From contig NW_021825599.1 of assembly GCF_006345805.1 (NCBI RefSeq), positions 1-15,247 of the forward strand: a stretch of DNA of 15,247 bases, given 5' to 3'. Made by a program: the position numbers and the translations under genes. Below are positions 1 through 9,958 of the stretch, piece after piece. How positions within the stretch are numbered: the first letter of the stretch is position 1; every line of letters starts with the position of its first letter. The stretch comes from Octopus sinensis. Taxonomy: Eukaryota. The notes under the pieces are model-generated. The model was not told the DNA's origin. It did no database searches and saw nothing but the letters and a program-made list of their open reading frames with translations.

Positions 1-225
1 CACACACACACAAAACTAACGCACACATATACATAGAACCACACACACACACACACACACAAAACTAACGCACACATACACATAGAACCACACACACGCA
101 CACACACATACACACATATCGCACAATCACATATGCACACACACACACACACAAACGCACACACACACACACAAACGCACACACACACACACACATAAAC
201 CCACACACACATACAAACGGCCACA
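1..225. repeat. Degenerate (CA)n low-complexity tract with a ~49-bp internal duplication
   Basis: CA dinucleotide runs; aaaactaacgcacacat..acatagaaccacac occurs at ~12 and ~61. Confidence 0.9.
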
Positions 226-439
226 TAATGATAGAAGAAATATTTTTTCATTTTTAAGTAGTCCAAAGCCGGAAGGTGTTTTAGAAAATAAATTATTATC
301 GTATAAAGTGGAGGGGGGGGGGAACTATTAAGGAAAACAATAAAATATATTGAAATAAGTAGGGGAGGGGGTAAGGAATATGACGTTTGCTTACGTTAAA
401 AATAATAATAATGTTCACCTACATTGGCACAATGATTCA

Positions 440-508
<69 letters not shown>
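440..508. repeat. (AAT)n microsatellite, probable tail or target of the adjacent SINE
   Basis: Pure aat array directly abutting the 3' end of the minus-strand SINE A copy. Confidence 0.95.
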
Positions 509-509
<1 letters not shown>

Positions 510-716
510 GTAATCCTTTCTGCTATAGGCACAAGGCTTGAAATTGGTGGGGTAGGGGACTAGTTGATTATGTGGACCCCAGTGTTTCACTGGTACTTAA
601 TTTACCGAACCCGAAAGGCTAAGTCGACCTCGGTTTAATTTGAACTCAGAACGTTAAGACAGACGAAATATCGTTAATCGTTTTGCCCGACGTGCTAACG
701 ATTCTGCCAGCTCGCT
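510..716 (-). mobile_element. tRNA-derived SINE, family A (octopus-type)
   Basis: The reverse complement has head cgagctggcagaatcgttagcacg (A-box-like), B-box gagttcaaatt and body ggtaaattaagtaccagt..ggggtc; it aligns by eye to the copies at 793 and 8367. Confidence 0.85.
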
Positions 717-728
717 GGGGGTTTTTTA

Positions 729-730
729 TG

Positions 731-790
<60 letters not shown>
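729..790. repeat. (AAT)n microsatellite
   Basis: Pure aat array abutting the SINE 3' end. Confidence 0.95.
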
Positions 791-791
<1 letters not shown>

Positions 792-792
792 G

Positions 793-1047
793 TTTGTCTT
801 TTATAGGCACGAGGCCTGAGATTTGTGATGGGTAGGGACTAAGTCAATTACATCGACCCCAGTATTCAATAGTTACCAAGAAAGACCATTATTGACCATT
901 GCTCACTGATACTTAATTTATCGACCCAAAAAGGATAAAAGGCAAAGTCGATCTAACCCTAATTTGAACTCAGAACGTAAAGACAGGCGTAAAACCGTTA
1001 AGCCTTTTGCCCGGCATGCTAACGATTCGGCCAGCTCGCTGCCTTAA
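793..1047 (-). mobile_element. SINE family A, full length, with a ~32-bp internal insertion (~872-903)
   Basis: Same head (ggcagcgagctggccgaatcgttagcatgccgggc), B-box and body as the other A copies. Confidence 0.85.
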
Positions 1048-1052
1048 ACGGT

Positions 1053-1307
1053 AAAGTCGACCTTGGCAGAATTCGAACTCGCAATGTCAAGACGGACGAA
1101 ACGCCGCTAACTATTTTGTCTGGCATGCTTAGAAGGCCAGCAATTTTAGTAGTAGGGTTGAAAACGCTTACACCGACCCCAGTACATGACTGGTACTTTA
1201 CGTTATTGATCACGCATAGATGACCAGTGGTATTTGAAATTAGAACACGTCTGAGGTGGAAGAAAAGCCGTTAAGCAATTTTTCCGACACGCTAATGATT
1301 CTCCCAG
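1053..1307 (-). mobile_element. Two degraded SINE A fragments (~1053-1140 and ~1174-1307)
   Basis: aaagtcgaccttggcagaattcgaactc and gaccccagtacatgactggtactt match family A blocks. Confidence 0.65.
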
Positions 1308-1380
1308 GAATACCAACGTGGCGGATTAATCCCAAGGGGCCGGAATAAATGCCTTGAAGCATTTAGTTACATTAGAAGTT

Positions 1381-1540
1381 CAAAAACTTCTGCGATTGAC
1401 CTCTGGGGGTCATTTTCATTCCTCCAAAAATTAACGCCAACGAGTACCAGTAAAGTACCAGTAGTATACTGTTACTTATGGCTGTTAATTTTCGGAGGAA
1501 TGAAAATGGCCCCCCGGAGGTCAACCCCTGAAGCTTTTTG
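1381..1540. mobile_element. MITE-like 160-bp fold-back element
   Basis: The left arm (1381-~1447) aligns to the reverse complement of ~1471-1540, e.g. ttgacctctgggggtcattttcattcctccaaaaattaac vs ttgacctccggggggccattttcattcctccgaaaattaac. No TSD seen. Confidence 0.6.
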
Positions 1541-1548
1541 GCCGAATT

Positions 1549-1722
1549 GTTAGCACGCCGGTCTAAATGCTTAGCGGCATTTCGTTGATTATATCGACCC
1601 CAGTGTTTCACTGGTACTTAATTTATCGAACCTGAAAGAATAAAAGGCAAAGTCAACCTCGGCGGAATTTGAACTCAGAACGTAAAGACAGACAAAATAT
1701 CACTAAGCGTTTTGCCCAACAT
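1549..1722 (-). mobile_element. SINE A: short plus-strand head fragment (~1549-1585) fused to a minus-strand copy (1586-1722)
   Basis: ttagcacgccggtctaaatgcttagcggcatttcgt followed by gaccccagtgtttcactggtacttaatttatcg..gaatttgaactcagaacgtaaagac. Confidence 0.8.
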
Positions 1723-1723
1723 T

Positions 1724-1963
1724 GTCTTGACATTGTGAGTTCGAATTCCAACGAAGTCGACTCTACGTTCTAAAGCGACGAGTATGCCGGACAAAATATT
1801 TCGCATTATTTCGTCCGTCTTTATGCTCTGAGTTCAAATTCCGCTGAGATCCACTTTGCCTTTCGGGGTCGATAAAAATAAGTACCAGTCGAACGCTGGG
1901 GTCGATGTAATCGACATACCCCTCCCCCGAAATTGCTGGTCCTGTGCTAAAATCTGAAACCAA
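1724..1963 (+). mobile_element. SINE A, plus strand (short B-box fragment 1724-1763, then a copy at ~1782-1963)
   Basis: ctgagttcaaattccgctgag..ggggtcgataaaataagtaccagt..ggggtcgatgtaatcgac. Confidence 0.8.
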
Positions 1964-2134
1964 TATACTGTGGTTTTATATTCACTTAACTGTAGCCCCT
2001 ACTTCGACACCCACAACATGACGAAATGCATAACGTTCTGTTATTTCGAATAAAATATTCGATAATTTTTAAAAGCCAGAATGAAGAAGGAAACTGTATC
2101 AGTATTGATTAAATACTTAGCATAATTCACTTAC

Positions 2135-2212
2135 GTTGAAAAACCCCATCGATATTGACTTAGCCTTGGTGAAGATCGATAAAATAACATAGTTATATAT
2201 CTACTTATATGA
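2135..2212 (-). CDS. Candidate 78-nt symmetric (phase 2-2) internal exon of an unidentified gene; peptide xHISRYITMLFYRSSPRLSQYRWGFST
   Basis: Minus-strand acceptor ggtgttttctttcag and perfect donor gtaagt (2134-2129); length is a multiple of 3; exactly one frame is open; non-repetitive context. No homology recognised. Confidence 0.35.
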
Positions 2213-2622
2213 CTGAAAGAAAACACCAATACCTCGGGCGAAGCGACACATACTCTTATACAAACTAGGGGGACTACTACAGTGTTGCATACAGATGCAA
2301 TTTGAATTGGAGGGAAGGGGAAAAAAATAAACTGAAACTTCCTTCAACCGAGATTATCTACTTATCTCTATTTAACTTCAACTATATTCCATCCTGTTGT
2401 CTATTTACATATTTGTGACACTTAGCATTGCCAATGTAAAAAGAATCAATATTACTATTATATGCTATTTATGTGTAATTTAATTTGAATCGCGGTTAGG
2501 GCGAAAAGATGTAATGGCAGACATATTTGATACGTTATTTAACAAGAATGAAAATAATATTAGTTAAGCCAAGAAAATTTGCCAGAGATAAACCAACACA
2601 AATGTACAGATTACAGTATAGT

Positions 2623-3024
2623 TACTCTCTCTTTACTCTTTTACTTGTTTCAGTCATTTGACTGCAGCCATGCTGGAGCACCGCCTTTAGTCGAGCAACT
2701 CGACCCCGGGACTTATTCTTTTGTAAGCCCAGTACTTATTCTATCGGTCTCTTTTGCCGAACCGTTAAGTAACTGGGACATAAACACACTAGCATCGGTT
2801 ATCAAGCAATGCCAGGGGGACAAACACAGACACACAAACACACACACGCATACAAATATATACATATGTACGGCGGACTTCTTTCAGTTTCCGTCTGCCA
2901 AATCCAATCACAAGGCTTTGGTCGGCCCGAGGCTATAGTAGAAGACACTTGCCCAAGATGCCACGCAGTGGGACTGAACCCGGAACCATGTGGTTGGTAA
3001 AGAAGCTACTTACCACACAGCCAC
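2623..3024 (-). mobile_element. tRNA-derived SINE, family B, essentially full length, with a central CA/TA microsatellite
   Basis: The reverse complement begins gtggctgtgtggtaag (A-box) ..ccgggttcagtccc (B-box-like), then a cttgggcaagtgtcttc core block, a central microsatellite, and a 3' end in (aagagtaa)-type short repeats. Confidence 0.9.
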
Positions 3025-3266
3025 CATGTAATTAGTGTTATTATTATTAGAAATATTGAATTTCTAAATGTCTCAGAGAGACATGAGCGGTGATGGGGCG
3101 ATATAGTGGTTTTATACTGTCAACATAACGTGACAGTCCCATAAAGGGAATCACACCACCGCTATTTAGCCCTTGGAAGCATCGACGCTTCCTGTCGGCT
3201 TTGACACATTTCATGTGTCCTTATATTTGTTTTTGTTATTGTTGATGTTATTATATTTATTATTAT

Positions 3267-3810
3267 TGAGTTAGAGAGTATCATATGCCATCAAAGTGAC
3301 ACTGGGGTACAGATAAACGAAGCCCAGTAAACCCATCATGTCTACCCATCTGATAAGGGTACACCAGGCACATGCATCACAACAATACAAGTATGTGACA
3401 TGGTGATCTCATATCAAGATAAACAGCGCAGGATCTTACAGGAGGGGCTCAGTTAGGATTTTCTTCATGTCAAATGGTCCCTGAATAAGGTTTGTTTAAG
3501 GATGTTGAACGAAACACCCATGTTTCCAGATGTGAATTATTCAGACCCCAAAGAATTCCTCTCAACAAATGGTTATGCTGCTCCCCCACTACTTCTGCTC
3601 ATGATCAGAGATGCACATATCGTCAACCACCAAGAGACATGCTCAACTGGTTAAGGTAAAACAATTAACAAGCTAATCTGCGGTACTGAGCAGAATATTT
3701 GCTGTAGCCCATATTTTTCTACCAAGACAAAACAATGTACATGATAACACTTCCTATCAGTTAAGATCAGAAGCTATGAGAGGCACTGCCTCGTACTGCA
3801 TCAGGGCATT
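3267..3810 (-). mobile_element. ~545-bp non-coding interspersed element embedded in (TAA)n (my label E)
   Basis: Sharp boundaries against tta arrays on both sides and no ORF. I recall the sequence as a common octopus repeat; the orientation is inferred. Confidence 0.6.
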
Positions 3811-3830
3811 TATTATTATTATTATTATCC

Positions 3831-3905
<75 letters not shown>

Positions 3906-3911
3906 TATTAT
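3810..3911. repeat. (TTA)n microsatellite
   Basis: Near-pure tta array. Confidence 0.95.
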
Positions 3912-3912
3912 T

Positions 3913-4190
3913 GAAGATGTTGCACAGTATCCATTATTGTGATGTTGTAGATTGAATATATTGTGTGCCGGGGGTTTGTACTGTCTGTCAAGTCACAACA
4001 AGGACTTCAGACAGACAGCATTTTACACAGAATGCGTACAGTTCCAAGTAAAGCTGGTTTTTGCATTGTACCAAGATTGTAAGGTATTTCTAAAGTGTCC
4101 AGATGTTTCTTCAAGTTGAGTAGTTTTGAATTCAATGCTCCGATTGTCTTTCCCATCATTTGGGGCTGTAAAGTTAATTATCTGGCACTT
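3913..4190 (-). mobile_element. R4/Dong-type (RLE) non-LTR retrotransposon 3' fragment, family B, internally deleted
   Basis: The minus strand reads KCQIINFTAPNDGK / TIGALNSKLLNLKKHLDTLEIPYNLGTMQKPALLGTVRILCKMLSV* (stop 4009-4007), the typical RLE C-terminus (IGALG...QK.ALLGT..ILRK.L). A ~95-nt 3'UTR runs into (TAA)n. Confidence 0.8.
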
Positions 4191-4320
4191 TCTATGTAAT
4201 CTCAAGTTTTAAAACAAACATAATTTTCTTATGGTTTCTTAAACATTCTCTAGAACAACACTATGTACAAAACCAAATATATGGCACCCTAGGCATAACA
4301 CCAACAGGAACTTCTAACTT
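4191..4320 (+). mobile_element. 130-bp inverted copy of the stop codon and 3'UTR of the R4/Dong family A element at 4936-5067
   Basis: Direct alignment: about 88 consecutive identical nt (cataattttc...caccaaca). Confidence 0.9.
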
Positions 4321-4375
4321 ATTGTCTTCTATTACTACTAAATCAGGCCTTATTGTTACTATTTTTATTATTATT

Positions 4376-4745
4376 ACTTCCGCCTTAGCGAAGGCGGAGG
4401 TATTGTTTTCGTTCGCGTTTTTTTTCTTTGTTTGTTTGTCTGTGAACAAGATATCTCAAGAACCGCTGGATGGATTCCAATGAACTTTCAGGGATCTTTG
4501 GCCTCGTGACTTGTACGAACTGATTAGATTTTCAGATCGACCCAGTACCGGTCAAGGATTCTGGATTATTTTTCCTGTTTTTCACTTAATTTTTGAAAGC
4601 GTTCGGGTTCATTTTAGTATTCTCATTTGTGAGAGCAGTCGAGTTTATTTCAGATATTCTCATTTTAATAATCATCTCTGGCTAATCGTTGAGAGGACGT
4701 TGGTGTTGCCTTGGCGGAAGTTTGTGCTCTCTGAGTGCTCTTGTT
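4376..4745 (+). mobile_element. Helentron-associated non-autonomous element (HINE, DINE-1-like)
   Basis: Subterminal inverted repeat acttccgcc (4376-4384) / ggcggaagt (4713-4721); 5' hairpin tccgcctt-agcg-aaggcgga (4379-4398); tttg/tctg simple repeat; 3' hairpin gtgctc-tct-gagtgc (4724-4738); T-rich flanks. Confidence 0.75.
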
Positions 4746-4764
4746 GTTATCATTATTATTATTA

Positions 4765-4799
<35 letters not shown>

Positions 4800-4864
4800 T
4801 ATATTATTATTATTATTATCATTATTATCATTATTATTATCATTATTATTATTATTACTATTAT
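4746..4864. repeat. Degenerate (TTA/TCA)n microsatellite
   Basis: tta array with tca interruptions. Confidence 0.95.
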
Positions 4865-5479
4865 CTTATGTTTGACTTTTGCTTTACATTTGTACAAGTT
4901 GGCTCCAAGTCTCACCCAGAGACCTCAAGAGACACAAGTTAGAAGTTCTTGTTGGTGTTATGCCTAGGGTGCCATATATTTGGTTTTGTACATAGTGTTG
5001 TTCTAGAGAATGTTTAAGAAACCATAAGAAAATTATGTGTTTTGTTTAAAATTTGAGATTACATAGACAGTATTTTACGTAGGATATGGGCAGTTCCCAT
5101 GAGCACTATCTTTTGAATTTCTGCCATTTTGGGATTTCCTGGTATCTTTGCTATCATTCCCAGGGCACCTATGACAACAGGTATTGTTTTTGTCTTCAGG
5201 TTCCACATTTTGCTAATTTCTATTTCAAGATCTTTACACTTGCTCAGTTTTTGGTAGGTCTTGACAGATACGTTTATATCGATTGAAGCAGTCACATAAA
5301 TGAGGAAGTAGGATTTTTGCCTGAAGTCTTTCAATACAATATCTGGCCTATTTGCATCAATCTTTCTGTCAGTTTGAATGGTGAAGTTCCAGAGGAGTGA
5401 CATGTGGTCATTTTCAAACACTGGGGGTGGTTTGTGTTCCCACCAGTTTTTATCATGGAGCAAGTCCAGGTTTTTGCAA

Positions 5480-5480
<1 letters not shown>
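4865..5480 (-). mobile_element. R4/Dong-type (RLE) non-LTR retrotransposon, family A, 5'-truncated; endonuclease remnant (ORF 5059-5463) plus 3'UTR
   Basis: LLWNFTIQTDRKIDANRPDIVLKD..KLSKCKDLEIEISKMWNLKTKTIPVVIGALG..EIQKIVLMGTAHILRKILSM is the restriction-like endonuclease C-terminus. The expected LID motif reads LIY, so this copy is probably dead. (TAA)n lies on both sides. Confidence 0.9.

Positions 5481-5569
<89 letters not shown>
5481..5569. repeat. (TTA)n microsatellite
   Basis: Pure tta array. Confidence 0.95.
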
Positions 5570-6690
5570 TGATGAAAACTCTCAGATTATTTTGCTGGGT
5601 ACATTCGTAACAGTTCCATGTGAGTTTTTTTCTGCATGACCAAATCCATCTCGGTATCCTTGCTCTATGTGTGGTCTGAGTGTGTGTAGCATTGACTTTT
5701 TGATAGAGTAGTATTCACACATGTTTGGTTTTTGTCATTTGATCCTACCGCGTGATACACTGAGTGTCTTAAGAGACTTCTCTCGCAGTTTTGGTCAGCT
5801 ATAGCTTTTCAAGTGAAACTTAGTAGGCAGAAAGTATGTAAAATCTCATCGTTGGAGCCTCTTTTCATCCCGTTTTTGCCCGCTTTAATAAACCTGCAAC
5901 ATTCTAAATATAAGATCAGAAATAACAACTAAATGCTCCCACTTTTACAAATACATTCTGAATCACAGAACAAACCATACCTCTACTTGATTTACTGATT
6001 CTATAATACCTAATACTTTACCAGAAACAATCTTATAATCTCACTAATAGATGCTCCTGGCTTCAATATATATTATTAGCAATTTTCAACATTTTCTACT
6101 CGATTTTTACATAAAAATTGTCTTTATATCAAAACGGTTCAATAACTTAGCTATTCACTAGAATCATTGGCAGCCTGCTGTTTCACCTTTCACAATGAAT
6201 AATAAAACACATTTTATTATATCAATATTACTTTTTCAACACTAAGTATTACCTTTCCGTACATTTTTCTCATAGTCTCTCCCTTTTGTTCATCTTCCTT
6301 GTATATATTTTCATATAGGTGTATGTACATATATATATATATATATATACGTGTGTGTTTATACATATATATAGATGTATATATATTTATATACATCCGT
6401 TTTATAAAATCATGGATGACCTAAATACCACAGTTCGAGAGAATATTCGTCATATTATCATGCGCCATCTTTATTACAATATTTATCTATTTCTTAAAAC
6501 ATTTTTTTATATATTAAATATTTTATTTATATTCTATTACTTCAGATGTCTTTTTTTTATGTTAAACGATAAGAAATTTGTTTTTCCGAAAAATTCGATT
6601 CGAAGTAAACAGAAAGTATACTTTATTATGCATGCATTCGCATTTTTATATGCAAAGTTTGTATGCATGTATTTTACATATAATTGTATA

Positions 6691-7234
<544 letters not shown>

Positions 7235-7550
7235 TGCGTTTTACCTTTAGCTTGTTTCAGTCATTAGGCCGCGACAATGCTGGAGCACCGCCCGGAAGAA
7301 TTTTAGTCGAACGAATCAATTCCATTACTCATCTGTTTAAGCTTGGTATTTATTTCATCGGTCTCCGCCAGGTTACACAGACGTAAACACACCAACACCG
7401 GTTTGTCAAGCAGTGGTGGGGGAAAACAGACACAAAAAATGCATACACACATATACACACACATAGATATAGACATATATATGTATGTGTGTGTGTGTGT
7501 GTTGTGTGTGTGTGTGTGTGTGTGGTTGTGTTGTGTGTGTGTGTGTGTGT

Positions 7551-7689
7551 GGAGTCGCAATGGCCCAGTTGGCCTGCTCGCTTAGCCAGCGGCGTGGCGT
7601 CAATTGAGGGCTAAAACAATGCGAAGCGCATTGTGACCAGGGATGTGTAGCAACATCTGATAGCTTGGTCGGTCACGTGATCACGTGAT
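7551..7689 (+). mobile_element. Short hairpin-rich interspersed repeat (my label C), copy 1
   Basis: Aligns to 10814-10928; flanked by (TG)n and (AT)n; strand inferred from the shared right end. Confidence 0.75.
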
Positions 7690-7700
7690 ATATATATAAG

Positions 7701-7925
7701 ATTCGAGCGAGGTCGTTGCCAGTGCCGCCTGACTGGCCCCTGTGCCGGTGGCACGTAAAAAGCACCCACTACACTCTCGGAGTGGTTGGCGTTAGGAAGG
7801 GCATCCAGCTGTAGAAATTCTGCCAGATCAGATTGGAGCCTGGTGCAGCCATCTGGTTCACCAGTCCTCAGTCAAAATCGTCCAACCCATGCTAGCATGG
7901 AAAGAGAACGTTAAACGATGATGAT
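7701..7925 (+). mobile_element. 5'-truncated SINE (my label D) ending in (GAT)n
   Basis: Contains tggcgttaggaagggcatccagctgtagaaa, which resembles the ggaagggcatcc block I recall from V-domain-type SINEs, and ends aacccatgctagcatggaa..aaacgatgatgat. Confidence 0.7.
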
Positions 7926-8366
7926 TACGATTATGTATATATACGACAGGTTTCTTTCAGTTCCATCTACCAAATTCAGTTACAACGATTTAGTCGGCTC
8001 GAGCATTTGCTAGAAGACACTTGCCCAAGATGCCACGCATGGATGTGAACCTGGAACCATAGTGTTAGAAAGCAATCTTGTTACCACGCAACTTCGCCTG
8101 TCCCATGCATATATGTGTATGATAGACATGTGTATGGATGTATGTTTGTGTGCACGTAGGTACTTGTGCTCAAAGAATTTATCTTGGTTTTAATTGACAA
8201 CACAAAAGCTTAAACGTTAGAATTAAATTCAGAAATTAAAAATACATTTTAAAAAATAGAATCACTTCTTTTCATTTTATTCTTCTATAAATTCTTTTAA
8301 GTCTTAATCTTCTTATGATTAAAGAGATGTAAGTTTGGCCAGAAACAGAAATCATTATTATAATTA

Positions 8367-9026
8367 AGGCGGCGAGCTGGCAGAAACGTTAGCACTCCGG
8401 GCGAAATGCTTAGCAGTATTTCGTCTGCGTTACGTTCTGAGTTCAAATTGCGCCGAGGTCGACTTTGCCTTTCATCCTTTCGGGGTTGATAAATTAAGTA
8501 CCAGTTACACAATGGTGTCGATATAATCGACTTAATTCTTTTGTCTGTCCTTGCTTGTCCCTTCTGTGTGTAGCTCCTTGTGGGAAATAAAGAAATAAGA
8601 AACATTAGCACGCCGGGCGAAATGCTTAGCGGTATTTCATCTGTCTTTATGTTCTGAGTTCAAATTGCGCCGAGGTCGACTTTGCCTTTCATCCTTTCGG
8701 GGTCGATAAATTAAGTACGAGTTACGCACTTGGGTCGATATAATCGACTTAATTCTTTTGTCTGTCTTTGCTTGTCCCCTCTATGTTTAGCCCCTTTTGA
8801 ATAGTAAATAAATAAGAAACGTTAGCACGCCGTACGAAATGCTTAGCGGTATTTCGTCTGCCGTTTGTCTGTCCTTGTTTGTCCCCTCTGTCTGTAGCTC
8901 CTTTTGGGCAGTAAAGAAATGAGGAACAGAAATCATTATTAGAGCTGGCAGAATCGTTAGCACGCTGCACGCTGCACGAAATGCATAGCAGTATTTCGTC
9001 TGTCGCTATGTTCTGAGTTCAAATTC
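8367..9026 (+). mobile_element. Head-to-tail array of SINE A: full copy (8367-~8600), second copy (~8600-8815), internally deleted third copy (~8815-8920), head-only fourth copy (8942-9026)
   Basis: Repeated gttagcacgccgggcgaaatgcttagc, gagttcaaatt B-box and gtcgatataatcgac; period 217 bp between the first two junctions. Confidence 0.92.
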
Positions 9027-9034
9027 TTGCCTTA

Positions 9035-9648
9035 ACATCAACATTACTACTTCTACCGCCAACACCACCATAACCGCTACTAACTACTACTACTACTACT
9101 ACCGCCACTACTACCACCACTGTACTACTGCAATCAATAACATCAGCATTACTACAACAACCACCAACACCACCATCATTACTACTACTACCACCAACAC
9201 CACCATGACCGCTACTACTACTGCTGCTGCTGCTACTACTACTACTACTGCCATTACTACGACCACTGCAATCAATAACATCACTATTACTACTACTACC
9301 ACCAACACCACCATGACCGCTACTACTTCTACTACTAACACTATTACTACCACCACCACCATCACGATCACTAATACCACTACAACAAACACCAGCACCA
9401 CCATCATTACTACTACTACCACCAACACCATCATGACCGCTACTACTACTACCACTAGTTCTACTACTACCGCCACTACTACTACTGCAATCAATAACAT
9501 CAGCGTTACTACTACTACCAACACCATCATGACCGCTACTACTTCTACTACTAACACTACTACTACCATCTCCACCATCACGATCACTAATACCACCATA
9601 ACAAACACCAGCACCAGCACTACTACTACAACTACTACTACTACTACA
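9035..9648. repeat. Degenerate ACT/ACC/AAC trinucleotide tract with higher-order duplications
   Basis: The marker gcaatcaataacatca occurs at 9130, 9268 and 9487 (spacing 138 and 219). Confidence 0.9.
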
Positions 9649-9709
9649 TTCATTCTGCTTAGAGCTGAACTTTTACACTGGATACTATGGCACTATTATA
9701 ACAACATAC

Positions 9710-9958
9710 CCAGAACGGAGATTGTTCAAACGCTGAACTAAAAGATCTAAATTTGTGACAAATTCGGTCATACTCTTCGATAAGATGATCCACGCAGGTC
9801 AAAGGATTAAGGCAATTTCGTCTAGATTACTATTAGAGTCGGAGATTATATCAGCAAATTAAAATGTCCGCCTAATCAACGCATTTAATTCCAACGAATG
9901 GCATTATATTTCTTGAAGAGCACGAGAAACTATGTCCGATAATTGAGTAGGATCTGAT
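9710..9958 (-). CDS. Candidate exon: acceptor at 9959 with ATG 9771 giving MTEFVTNLDLLVQRLNNLRS+gg, or alternatively 9821-9710 giving RNCLNPLTCVDHLIEEYDRICHKFRSFSSAFEQSPFW
   Basis: Minus-strand acceptor ttaatcttacctccatttccag and donor gtatgt (9709-9704) in unique DNA; A at -3 of the ATG. An upstream short ORF is present and no homology was recognised. Confidence 0.22.

Larger units (their letters stand above)
7240..8100 (-). mobile_element. Older SINE B copy split into 3' (7240-~7470) and 5' (7941-8100) halves by insertions in its central microsatellite
   Basis: The halves align to 2623-2850 (cttgtttcagtcatt..gacgtaaacacacc) and 2870-3024 (tttctttcagtt..gaagacacttgcccaagatgccacgca), collinear and in the same orientation. 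Confidence 0.8.

Noticed and set aside
396-590. Poly-Y/I/L ORFs (also 4511-4967 and 5378-5639)
   Set aside because: These are translations of (TAA)n arrays, which lack stops in two frames of the TTA strand.
1019-1963. Short ORFs such as MKHWGRYNQ.. and MVSDFSTGP..
   Set aside because: They lie wholly in SINE A copies; the same pseudo-peptides recur wherever the SINE does (also 8297-8970).
2579-3000. 119-aa ORF with a signal-peptide-like hydrophobic start
   Set aside because: It is the antisense reading of SINE B, including its microsatellite.
5580-5910. Minus-strand unique segment with AG acceptors and a GHAEKN peptide resembling a deaminase HAE motif
   Set aside because: All frames close within ~30 codons of the acceptors, and no PCxxC follows the HAE.
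8367-8455. tRNA-like head with A and B boxes (also 2960-3024 minus)
   Set aside because: These are SINE heads continuing into SINE bodies; I could not build a full cloverleaf, so they are not called tRNA genes.
8367-8920. Regularly spaced repeats superficially like a CRISPR array
   Set aside because: The units are ~217-bp SINE copies without unique spacers, the context is eukaryotic, and there are no cas genes.
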